DNA from: Antedon mediterranea
Taxonomy: Eukaryota > Animalia > Echinodermata
DNA: 64,000 bases
Reading direction: 5' to 3'
Assembly (NCBI RefSeq): GCF_964355755.1
Contig: NC_092676.1
Span: 2,299,788-2,363,787, forward strand
The notes beneath the pieces are model-generated. The model was not told where the DNA came from, made no database searches, and was given only the letters and a program-made list of their open reading frames with translations. This document shows, piece after piece, positions 38,170-51,600 of this stretch. The translations under genes were made by a program, and so were the position numbers. How positions within the stretch are numbered: position 1 is the first letter of the stretch; each line of letters opens with the position of its first letter.

Positions 38170-40133
38170 ATGCCGAAGAATAAAGGTAATTTATAACGAC
38201 TATTTAAAGAACTAAACCAAAATGATTTCCCTGTGAACGTATTGTATGTAAGCCTCCGAGTATTATATTGATAGACCTACCTACTAGCTAGTAGCTAGGC
38301 CTAGGCCTAGGCCTTAGTTAGTGAGCCGTGTAGAGATAGAGGAGGCATGACTGGCCCGCCTAAGCTAACATTACTCTGTAGGCCTACTGTTTGTGTAGAA
38401 CTTAATTAGGTATGGCTAGTTTTTGTTTGGGCTGGAAAGAATTTAAGTAAGATAAAATTAAAATATTCTTTTGTTTAAAATAAATTAAAATTTTGGTTAG
38501 CCTGGCCCTAGAGTAGCTAGGCCTAGGCCCTAGGCCAGGCTAGGTAATTAATATATCCAGGGAGTTAACAACTCCCTGATATATCTACTATACTATTCCA
38601 TCTGTTATATATTTAATTGTGCTATTGTGTTTATTTACTTTGTTATATATAGCGGAATCTTTTAAAATATATGCCACAAGAAATTCTGCCATCCATATGT
38701 TGCTAATAATTGTGTTGAACAGTATGTTGACATTAATAAACTCACATAATTATAGAACTCAATTATAATATTATACTTCAGGAAAGGGAGGAAAAAATCG
38801 AAGAAGGGGAAAGAATGAAAATGAAGATCAAAAAAGAGAATTGGTTTTTAAGGATGATGGCCAAGGTAAAACATTGTTTAATAATATTATGTTCTGATCC
38901 TGAAGAATTGTAACATTTTAATATTTTTCCAATTTCTCTTCAGTTCTCTAGGTGGTAGAAGATTGATCTACTTGACTCTGATAGCTGGTGGTTCCATCCC
39001 ATAATAGGAGCTCCCATAGAAATCATGAAGAAGCGCTGCTTATTGATCCTTAAGAGAACGACTGTGATAGCTTTTCCACTTGTGACCTTTTAAACTCGTG
39101 ACCTTTATGTTTAACATGATAATTATGTATCTCTTCTCAATTTTAGAATTAGCCTGTAAAGTAAATTTGGTAATCTGCATCTTTTTTTCGTATCCACAAG
39201 TCTTCTTTTGTTTAAAATATATACATTTCTTTTTGTGTTTTTAGAATATGCTCAAGTTATAAAGATGCTTGGAAATGGTAGATTAGAAGCAATGTGCATT
39301 GATGGCGTAAAACGATTGTGTCACATTAGAGGAAAACTGAGGAAAAAGGTTTGTATTAACCTTTGACCGAGTTAACTCGGTCAATCGTTAACTCAATCGT
39401 GGGTAAATTAGTCTTGATTAACATATGTTTATTTATTGTGTGTAGGTTTGGATAAACCAAGCAGACATAATTCTAGTTGGTCTACGAGATTACCAAGATG
39501 CTAAAGCTGATGTCATATTAAAATACACGCCGGAAGAAGCAAGGAATTTGAAAACGTACGGAGAACTTCCAGATACATTTAAGATTAACGAGACGGTGAC
39601 ATTTGGCGAGGAAGATGATAACGAGATCACATTTGATTTTACCGAAGGAGGTGCTGATGACGAAGAAATTGATAATGTAGGTCATTTTTAACTGAGGTCA
39701 ACTCTCCCAATACCAAACATTTTTTAACTGGTTCAAACTTTTTTTAACGAAAACATTGTTTTGTTGGATGCAATTTTTAGTAGTGTCATAAAATTTGAGA
39801 CATATAATCAAAATTTTAGTTTTGCAATAGTGTTAAAAATTAGTTTGTGAAAGTTTTGCGGATGTTTGGTTTCTTGGGAGTTTTCATCAAGTCATAATGA
39901 ATAAAAAGACTACCCAATAACAAAAACTGATCCATTAACTTTGATGGTTGAAATGCTTGTCCATCAATGCCATAATCCCTGGTTCAAATCTTGTGTAATA
40001 GAGTATAATAAATAATAATAATCTGAATATTTATGAGGCGCAATCTTTACCAATTGTTTTCACAGTATAATTTATTTTTGTATATAATTACTAGTTTAAC
40101 TTTGTTATTTTTATGTTTTTTCTACAGTTGTAG
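38170..40133 (+). CDS. EIF1A: Eukaryotic translation initiation factor 1A, 146 aa, 5 coding exons
   Basis: Exons 38170-38185, 38782-38865, 39245-39348, 39446-39676 and 40128-40133, all GT-AG, total 441 nt. Protein: [95 protein letters not shown]...acidic tail. AATAAA occurs at ~40310 and ~40633. Confidence 0.98.
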
Positions 40134-42614
40134 ATGAGGGGACATGACACAAAGTGGATGGTTATAGCCAGTGTATGATGTAGTTGCAGCAAGCTAAACA
40201 GCAACTTGTACAAAAATGGGAAAGAAACAACTTTATTTAGTATGTTTGTCTTCAGTCAAGGCATGTGATAGGCTTGTTGTTCCATGGAATGGACTGTTTC
40301 ATCCGCCGGAAATAAACCCTAAATGATACAAGCGTTTTTATATGTAGATTATATCAGAATTATATCATGAACAGACAAAGCTGTTTTCAGTGATATGGAC
40401 TTATTAAGCAAATATAAAATAGTTAGTTACGTGTATTAATCAGTTCATTACGTGTTATAATATGTGGTCCATCGAAGTTATTTTCTAGAAAGAATCACTC
40501 ATCAATTATTGCTTGGTGCTTATCTTGTTGCTTACCGATCCAAAGGTTTTGGTTCAAGTCCTTGCTGTCGTTAGTTTGGAAAGCATTGGTTTATTTCTAT
40601 GGCGTTTAATGCTGTTCTGATGTTGAAATATCAATAAAAAATGTTGGTAATACCATGGAGTAATAACTAATTATTACTCCATGGTAATACTTTGTATATA
40701 AATCATTTTTATTAAGCAGTTTTTGTGATCTGCTGTCAACTTTTTTCTGGAGAATAACTGGATATATTGTACTGCCTTAATTAATTCCATCTATTTTGTG
40801 AGATTTTTGTTGGTATATATTTAGCATCTTAATCTGCCAATGAAACAATGGCAGGCCAAGTATTTCTTTTGTATGAAGCATAAACTAATTATTTCAAACG
40901 TAAGTTTATCAAAAATTGTATTCGTAGTAAATATTAATGTGATTGTTCTTCCAAACTGTTAAGTTTCTAATTAAAGACCAATTAGGACCTAAATAAAAAT
41001 GTACAGAATGGCCTGTTTGCTTATTATGTTGAACACACAATGTTGAATTTGTAACAGGATATTAAGACTCACTAAATATTGTATTATTCTTTTATGCAAG
41101 TATCTAAAGCTCTGTCTACACTGTCAAATATGCCATATATGGACACGGTGATGTCATATCACTACCATATTTGGGCATATCACTACCATATTTGGGCATA
41201 TCATACTTTTTTGATAGTGTAAGACAGAGCTTAAGAGCAGGTGTTCTTTGATTTGATTCTAATAGAATAAGAATTTATATAAATATAAAATGCTAATGTT
41301 TATCTTTATCAAATGATATATGGATATGATGGTGTCATCAATACCATATTCGGTCATATCACTAGTATATTTGGACACACTTTTTTATCAAACTAGTTTG
41401 ATAGTATAGACAGAGCTTTTGTGCTTTTTGGTACTTACTGATTGATTATTGGTTTAGTGATTGATAACTGATCGATTAATAGATGAAATCGATTGGCTTA
41501 CACTGTAGATTAAATATATTTACTGACAATCATATGCTGTAGTAAGAATTTAAAACAAGATAGGTATATAAGTTGTTTTTATATTGATTATATACGAGGC
41601 CCATGGATATCCCATGGACTTATTTATAAGCCACTGGATAGATGATTGACCTATTTATAAGCCCATGGATAGACCATTGACCTATTTATAGGCCCATGGA
41701 TAGACATACATCTGTTGAGGGTGCACTAAGAGGGTCATGGAAAGATAGTTGAGGATATGTCTGTATTTCAAACTTTTTCAGGGGTGTCTAGAAAACTTAA
41801 TTTTACTTCTTGGTATTATATCTGAGTTTTCTAGGCACCCTCTATGAGCCCAAATGCATTACTAAGTACATCGTGAATAAAAAATATAAATTGGTTACCA
41901 CATTGTTTAAAGATTTCTTTTATTTATTGGTGTAATTTAAATTTCAATATTTTGCTATGGGAAATGCAAGTTATATTACAATTAAAGGCAGTTATGCGTG
42001 CACGGTACACGCATAACTGCCTTTAATCCTTTGATCTTAAGTCTGGCTGCAACAAATATCAACAATACTGTACTATGTGCATATTCTCTACTGTGCGAGG
42101 TGTCTGTTAAGGGCCATGGAACTGATCGTGTTGCAGCCACAGATAAACCCTTTGATCTCCGGAGATCAGCATCCTAGATTGCCTTGGTTTAAATAATAAA
42201 AATCATCCTTGTGCATAATTTTTTTTTATTATACTTAAAAATAATAGTGATTTTAAAATGTTTGTGTTTAGTTCTTTTTTTATTTCTTTTAATATCAGTT
42301 TTGTTTGAATGTGTAATTCACCTGTTAGAAATATGCTGAACAAATTATATCACAGAAAAAACAAGAAAATGTTATGTAATAGTCTCAGTACTGAATAGTC
42401 TCTGCTCAGTGCAGACTTTATTGTGATTTTTGGGATCGAATTTCATGAACGCCGCAAGAGTGACGTCTACTGCGCAAACTCAGTACAAATCTCCGTCAAT
42501 GAACTGTCTGCTGCCAACTTCGCACAAAAAACTAGGCCTAACATACTGTATGCTGACTGTACATTGCTTTATATTTTCAGCAATATTTGTGCAAAATTGG
42601 CAAAAATTGGGAAT

Positions 42615-45600
42615 ATGAAGAGGCGCAATGCCGATTGTGGCAGATTAAAACGTCCAATTAAGCGTAACAAGATCACAGAAAACATATATGGAAGGTAACT
42701 TTTATAGATTATTTGTCTCTCTTCTTTCCACATCTTTTTCTTTCTACCTAGTTTTTACGGTGGCGGCGACAGAGATGAATCCCGCCGCTGACGACGAGAG
42801 GGAGGCTTCTCTAACTCTGTCTACATCTAAATTGAGCCTAGCCTTCCATTATCTTTATTATTTTGCATCTTTTTTAATATTATGGTTAGAATTTGTTATA
42901 AAATCTATAGACATGAATTAAAATTCAATTTAATGTAGTGAAACAGAAGTAAAATGTGGCAATGATGGTGCATGTGCCATCTTCTAAAATTGACACCGGA
43001 AAACAAACCCATTCTCATTTTCTACATCCTACTACAGTAGCTAGGCCTAGGCCGACTTTATATAAGTCTACTACTAGTATATACTGGCTAGGCCTAGTGG
43101 TTTGACACTCTGAGTAGTAATACATCATTACTAGCCTAGGCCTAGGAATTCTGATGGATGTCAAGTTTGATTATTTAGCTACATTATGAACTTGACAATG
43201 TCAATACAAATAATGAATGAATTGTCTGATCTTAAAAATGTTATTAATATTAAAAATATTCAATATTAGGCCTAATACTTAAAAATTAGATTGTTCTTAA
43301 ATTCATTATGACATATATAAATACTAATAGGCCTTATAGTCTATGGATCAACCTGAGTTTTCGGCATGTATTGAATATAGGACTATTCCATTATTATTTA
43401 TAGGGGTGTTAGTCAATATGTTGGGTTGGGTGTGCCAGGCTTGTTGAGGCTTCTATTGTTCGTGTCATTGTGCCAATTGTTTTGTATTTCACTGTGTTTG
43501 ATAAAAACAAACAAAAAACTGCTGCTGCAGCCTATGTGTCTGTAAATTATATCGTATTTTACACTATATTTATATAGCCTATAGGCCCTAACATGTTTTT
43601 TTACCGTCAACAGTTAAATCATATCATGTTTTATTTTACATTTCATGTAATATTATTATATGTTTTTTTTCTCAACAGCCGAATCAAGTTATATAGCCTC
43701 TTACAAATAACAAGAAAAAATACATTCAAACGTTATTCACAATAAGGAGAAAACATATACAACTTATTTAATTTATGTTTTAATTTATATAAATCCAAAG
43801 GAAAATTAATGAAACAACGACAATGATGTGGGTATCAGTGGCTGGATCTCAATAGAGATACAAAAAAAAAAGCGAAAAGCTAAATCAAAACGATAAAGTA
43901 AAACAGCCAGAAAAACAATTTATATAAATACATCCATGTTTGTTTTTTTCTCAACAGTTTATGACTTTAACAAATTCAGTACACTTAAAGGCATAAGATT
44001 AAGCAAAACATACATTGTGTAACATATTTAATTTAAGGTATATATGTTTTATTTCATCGACCCAGTTTTAAGTGTTATTTAGTAGTGTCATGTTTGGTTC
44101 AACTCAATGAGTTAGCAATGTTCGTGAGGTTCTCTCTCCAGCTGATCCTGACACAAAAACTAAAATAGTCGGAAATAAAATTGCAGAACTTTCTCTCATG
44201 CAACACACACTAACCCTTCCCCAGTACAGGATATATAGGGCCTACACTGTTAAAAAAATTCTTATAAAAAAACTGTAAATTACTGGCAATCTGGACGCCA
44301 GTAATTTACCGTAATGTAGAATTACAGGTACTGTTGAAAATAAATTACTGTAAAACTACAGTAAATTACTGTTGGTCATAAAGTCGGTTGTCTACCGTAA
44401 TGTAGAATCACAGGTACTGTTGAAAATAAATTACTGTAAAACTACAAATTACTGTTAACTTGAAAGTCGGATGTCAATATAACGTAAAATCACAGGTACC
44501 GTTTCTAATAAATTACTACAGTATAATTACTGTTAATCTGAAAGTCTGTTTGTCAACAATAACGTAAAATCACGGGTACCATAAAACTACGTAAAATTAC
44601 TGTCGATTTCAAAGGAAGTGGTCTACCATTAATGTAGAATAATGTTGATAAATAACTGTAAAACTACATTAAAATTACTGTCGATTTCAATGGTCAATGG
44701 TAATGTAAAATCACAGGTACCGTTATTAATAAATTACTGTAAAAGATTCAGTGAATTCCAACCAAACAAAATATTACAAAAATATAAATACCATACAAAC
44801 AAAATAAATACATGCCAATAATCTTATTTCAATAACTGATTAACAATAACAAACTCCATTATAACATTTCTTTTTCTACTTGTCTAAACATCTTGTTTCT
44901 GTCATGTTCTTATGTTCCCTACAATGTTCATTGTATCTGAACTTGATCTGGGATTCTCTGTAAACGTTTCTTTTTTAAAAATAAACAATAACATTTTTAT
45001 AAATCTATGCCTATATTACATAGATGTTTTCAATCTTCAAAGTACGTCTTCTATTAAAATCTGTTTATCACCTATATTTAGATTGATTTCAATATAAAAT
45101 ATTTAAGTAATTGATATTTACAATCGATCGAAAATCTTTAAAAAAACCAATCTATTAAAATTAGACCTACAGTACCATCTATGCTTGATCATTAAATAAT
45201 TAATATGGATGTTACAATCATCAAAATATGCCTTATATTAAAATGACCATCAAATAAATGGAAGGTTTATTCCAGAGTACAGGACCTGGATGTGGTAGAT
45301 GGACACTTAACAGTAAACCACAGTAAGAATGTTGTTGATCCAATAACAGGAGTCCACACTCATGTCAAAACATAGAATCCTACTGGAATCGTGAAAAATT
45401 AAAGTTAAAAAGAATAGGTGTAAACGGGAATGGTTACCGGAATACCTTGACGAATTTATGTGGCGAGAAAGATATGGCATAATATAAATTAAACAGATTA
45501 AGTAAGTTAAAATAGTATATGTTCCTTGTGCCTTATTAAATAATGTTAAAGTTCTTGTGCCTTATATTTGAATAAAGTTTGAAGAATGTATCTTTCGATC

Positions 45601-48600
45601 TATCAATTTTTTTCTTGTTGTTTGTAGAGGCTATTTGCAACTGTTGAGAAAAAACCAAACATGGATGTATTTATATAAATTAAAACATAAATTGGATATT
45701 TTATATAAATTAAATAAGATTAAAATGTATATGAATCTTTTTCTTGATCTTTTCTTGTTATTTGTAGAGGCTACTTGATTTAACTGTTGAGTAAAAAAAC
45801 ATGTTAGGGCCTATAGGCTACTGTATATAGTGTAAAATACGATATAATTTACAGACACATAATAAAAGCTATAGGCTAACTACAGCAGCAGTTTTTTGTT
45901 TGTTTTCATCAAACACAGTGAAATACAAAACAATTGGCACAATGACACGAACAATAGAAGCCTCAACAAGCCTGGCACACCCAACCCAACATATTGACTA
46001 ACACCCCTATAAATAATAATGGAATAGTCCTATATTCAATACATGCCGAAAACTCAGGTTGATCCAAGTAAAATGTGGCAATGATGGTGCATGTGCCATC
46101 TTCTAAAATTGACACCGGAAAACAAACCCATTCTCATTTTCTACATCCTACTAGCTAGGCCTAGGCCGACTTTATATAAGTCTACTACTAGTATATACTG
46201 GCTAGGCCTAGTGGTTTGACACTCTGAGTAGTAATACATCATTACTAGCCTAGGCCTAGGAATTCTGATGGATGTCAAGTTTGATTATTTAGCTACATTA
46301 TGAACTTGACAATGTCAATACAAATAATGAATGAATTGTCTGATCTTAAAAATGTTATTAATATTAAAAATATTCAATATTAGGCCTAATACTTAAAAAT
46401 TAGATTGTTCTTAAATTCATTATGACATATATAAATACTAATAGGCCTTATAGGCTACACTGCAGTGCTGCATGACATACAGTACTTATTGTAAACACCT
46501 ACAGGAACTGAGATCCAGGATTTTTTAACATAATAATTCTGTATAAAGCAGTTCATAATTTCATTTTAGTGGTCAAAAGGGGGAGCGCACATCCTGGCAG
46601 GCCTTGTCTTTTAAGGTGAGTGAGTGCGATCACTCACCTAACACTGCCCCTGAGGAGTGCTATTTACAACATTCCTTAATTTGGTAAACTTCTACACACC
46701 AAAATACAAACAGCACACCTACAGCACCCCTGAATGTATTGAGGAGTGCAATTTGTAGCACACCTATGATTTTCAAAAGACATGGCCTGTCCTGCAAATG
46801 AACCTGACTGCCCAGACACTGATACAGACCTGACACTAATGCGATTCATTGTGATCACTATAGCCCAGACACTGATACAGACCTGACACTATTGCGATAC
46901 ATTGGGATCACTATAGGCCAGACACTGATACAGACCTGACACTATTGCGATACATTGTGATCACTATAGACCAGACACTGATATAGACCTGTCACTATTG
47001 CGATACATTGTGTTCACTATAGGCCAGACACTGATACAGACCTGACACTATTGCGATACATTGTGATCACTATAGGCCAAAATAATTAGGACCCTAACAC
47101 TCTTTCTTGGCCTCAACACATAAAAAATGTCTAAGCAATGTTGATTAAACGTCGATGGTGGGTAAAAATAGTCAATCAAGTGGGACATATTCAGTGCTTG
47201 TATTTGTATGACCATGGAACACTGTTTATTTACTATGCCCATGTTAAACTAAATATTAAAAGTAGCATTCCTTATCCACATGTATTGTTTTTTCTTATAG
47301 TACATTTATGTATTTGAAGTTTCTTATGCTATGGGGTTTGGTACTGTTTCTGGACTTCATCTTGGAGTTCCGTGTTGAGTACATTTGGCCATTGTGGTTG
47401 CTGTTTCGTAGCCTCTACGACTCATACCGATATCAAGGACTGGTGTGTATTGTTCACAGTATTAAATAAAACATATTTGTATAATTAAAACCACTAATAG
47501 TACTGTTGGGTTTTCTTTACCTTGCAAAGGTGTGTACCTCAATCCAGATGGACAGACATCAAATACTGAGTTAAGGGTCTTTTCACACCTGTTCCGGCAA
47601 ATCAAAGCAAACGTCAATGTTTCGTTTTCACGATGCTCCATGCAGATATGCGCCAATCGATATGCGTGTAGCCTTGTGAAAACGAAACATTGCTGGCGGA
47701 CCAGAAGCATGTCAGAACAGGTGTGAAAGACTCGTTATGCAGGGACGTACCCAGAATTTTTTGTAAATGCATCTTAGATAACTCATGAGAAAAGTATTTT
47801 ATTGGTCAGATGTTTTGCCCTACTCTGACGTAACATTTATTTAGAAACAGTTCAACAAGAAATGAAAGCAGCATACATTTACAACAACTTAAATGGTAAC
47901 ATAAAATAAGAACTGTTTCTGGGATCAGAAAAAGAAGTAAAAGAACTTGTCAAATACTAACCCCTAAACAAAAAAACAAAAAGCAACTGCATGACAAATC
48001 ATTAGCTAATGATAGATCTATAATTATAATCCTATAGTACATTGAGAATACTTCTGAAAAGCTACTCCACAGTAGTTACAATCAATTACATCTATATATA
48101 CTTGTTTCTTTTCAGGCATTTTCTGTGTTTTTCGTCTTTATTGCCATTACTTCAGATATGATTTGCCTTCTCTTTATTCCGGTGCACTGGTTGTTTTTTG
48201 CTGCCAGTACTTATGTATGGGTTCAATTTGTATGGCACACAGGTAAGCTTATCTGAATGATACAATAGTGCGTCTGTATTAAGAAGGCAAATCTTGGATC
48301 CTTATTATTGCCCTTTCACTTTTGTTAGCACCTTAAAACCCATCTTATAATATATGCATCAATTAAGATACTATTTGAAATATTGATGCCTAAATTGTAA
48401 AGCTTTATCACCCATATTTTTTTGGCATTCAATTTACTCTTATTATTATATAAACAAAAGAAGATTTTTTGAAAGATAATTGTTTATTTAGATAGGCTCA
48501 ATCAACGTCTTCTTTGTGTCCCCTAAATGGAAGTTTGCCATATATATTCCTTTTTATTTTCACCAACGTAAAGCGTCCCCTTAATAGGTGTTTCCGCTGA

Positions 48601-51600
48601 ATAGGGGTGTTCCAAGCGGGAGATTTCTACTGCAATTTGTTAAATTTAATTATCTGTCTTTGTAAATTTTATTTTTTTTTCATTTTGATCATTTAGATAG
48701 AGGAATATGTTTACCAACTGTATCGTTATGGTTACTATTTGTTTATGTTGAGGCAGTAGTAAGATTACGGGAGGTGCGAACCACGATACCTTTTCATTTA
48801 GATCTGTGTCGTCCTTTTGCAGCTCATTGGTAAGTTACGTGACTTCCGTATTCACATTAAATATACAGTAGAATCCCTATCAAGAGGATATCTTCAGGAC
48901 CAAATTATTCCCATATTTAGGTGTGTCCCCTGAATAGTGGATTAGCTATAGGAGAGATAATGGAATGGCAGATGCAGATTTGTTTTTGTATCCTGAAATA
49001 TACAGTATAGCAGTAAGGAAACATCTTCGGAACCCAACAAAGTATCCCATATTTGGGTGTGTCCCCTGAATAGTGGATTAGCTATAGGAGAGATAATGGA
49101 ATGGCAGATGCAGATTTGTTTTTGTATCCTGAAATTTACAGTATAGTAGTAAGGAAACATCTTCGGAACCCAACAGAGTATCCCATATTTGGGTGTGTCC
49201 CCTGAATAGTGGGTTGGCCATAAGCGAATGGAATGGCAGATGCAGAATTGTTTTTGTATACTGAAATATTTTTCTTTTTTTCTAGCATTGGCTATCCTGT
49301 AGTTACGCTTGGTTTTGGTTTTAAAAGTTATGTTGGATATAAAATGCGATTGCGGAAACAAAAAGAAGTAGAAAAAGAAAATGAGTTTTATATGCAGCTT
49401 TTACATCAAGCTTTGCCGCAAGAACAGCAGCAACAGCAGCAGCAAGCTACAACTGAAAAACCTAAAGGTACTATCACCTCTGTCAGAGAAGGTTATTCAC
49501 CTTGTCAGTTTTTAAAAAACTAAAAAACACTTATCCTGTTAGTACAATACCCACTGCTTCCTTGGGCTTAAATCTAACCCTAGCCATCAGTGGCAAGTTC
49601 AGTGTTGTATGAATGCCAGGCTAGTAATCTAATTTGAGTCTCACCCAATATTTACTTAACATAAAGTTTAATTACATCAGAGTAGGGCAATAACATCTTA
49701 AATAATCAGCCACATTAAATACAAAATAATGATGAAATTGTTAAAGATGTATTGTCCCCCCCCCCCCCAAAAGGAAGATTAATTAAATGAGACTTTGAAT
49801 AAGTTATTTTGTAGTTTTAATAAAGTTAATCACTTCTGTAGAAAAAAAACGAAAAAAAATAATGTTTTCACTTATAAAATAACATAATAAATGGTTAAAT
49901 TCAACCACAATTCCATTGGCTGGCAGCAAATTTGACAATTTTTGCCATAAATTACAGTTTTTTCAGGTAAATAATTTTTTTTTCAATGTAATTTTTGGTC
50001 AAAGTGGGTAACTATTATGTGACATTGAAATGGCATATTAAAAAAAAATTTTTTTTAAAGTATTATTCAGGGCGACAATACATCTTTAAGGAATTTGTAA
50101 ACAATATTCTATGTTTTTTTTGCAGCTATTTTGTCAACAACAAAGTCCGATGAAAAGGATAGTTCTCAAGCAAGCAGTAATGTTAAACCAAAAGGGTCGC
50201 CGTCGCAGAAAACTGTCGACGGTGAAAATGTAAAAGATAAAGAACAAGCTAAGAAGCTTGCATCCACAAACAATCTAAACTTAAAAACAGGAGAGCCAGA
50301 TGAAAGGAAATTAACACAACGCATTGTCAATAGCTATGAAGGAACATCAGAAAACATTATGAATGAACACACGCTTGCGAAAAACAATAAACACGTTGTG
50401 ACAAACGGCGTGAGTGGTAAACACAGAAGTAGTGCTGCTGCGGCGGCGTCTAGGGAGAGTATGAGAGAAACGCAGGGAAGCACAAAGAAAGGAAAACAAT
50501 ATTCCAGTAAAGTAGAAAATAAAGAAAAGGAAGTGAACGTATCAGCTGATATGCAAATATCTAATGGTGCGGCAACTTCAGTATCAAAAGATGAAAAAAC
50601 AGCTAGGTATTCTTTACATTTTTTAAATATCTCATTAAACAAATTTTAAATAAATGTACTGATTTTATTACATAGCCCCAGTGATGACGATGATGTTATG
50701 ATCATCATTACAGCCATGTCGATGATGTCATGATCATCATTATAGAAATATCGATGTCAGGATATTGAGATAGGCTTGAGAAATGCAGTGCTCTGGGAAA
50801 CAATTAATGGAATATACACTTTAATTAAATGCTTTAATATCTGATTACTGTAGAATCACTCAGTTATAACCCCAATTTACAGTAACCCGCATTAACCTTT
50901 AAACTTATTCAAGGAAGTGAAATGATGTACCAGAGCTCCAAATCTTGAAATTAGCAAATGAGAATAAAAAAATGTCTTTCTTAAGCTCTGTCTACACTAT
51001 CAAACTTTATGTGACAAAAAATGTAATGTGCCCATATATGGACACGATGATGTCATATCACTACCATATTTGGGAACATCATAACCATATTTGGGTACAT
51101 CACATTTTTTGTTGTCAAATTAGTTTGATAGTGTAGACAGAGCTTTATACAATGCCTTGCTAGACCTATCGTATTTACCCTATTTAGGCCTATTAGTACT
51201 ATTATATCTATCCTATACAATGTCTATCCTATTTAACCTACGGTATATATTGCTTTGCTAGGCCTATTAGTACTAAGTTGTTACATTGTTGCAGATATGA
51301 AGTGGACATCAAAAGGTTGAAAGCCGATTTACAGGGTAGTCGTCAAAATGAAATTGAGATGAAAGCCATCGTGAAATCATTAAGAGCGCAAGAAGAAGTT
51401 ATTATGGCCGAGATAGATCAAATTAAAAAGGATAACGAGCAGTTACAAACTAAGTAAGAAAACTCATTATTATTTCCAGAATTCGTCGTCAGTAAGTTGT
51501 CACAAAGAGGAATAAATGTTTATTAGATCAAATTAAAAAGGATAACGAGCAGTTACAAACTAAGTAAGAAAACTCATTATTATTTTGCAGAATTCGTCGT

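Larger units (their letters stand above)
42947..46458 (+). repeat. ~395-bp direct repeat (42947-43344 and 46066-46458) bracketing the Merlin element
   Basis: AAGTAAAATGTGGCAATGATGG...ATAGGCCTTATAG is present on both sides and nearly identical, apart from one 5-nt indel and two mismatches at the end. Confidence 0.93.

Noticed and set aside
42423-42614. N-terminal extension of macoilin
   Set aside because: It starts at GTG, while conserved macoilin begins at MKRRNAD (ATG 42615).
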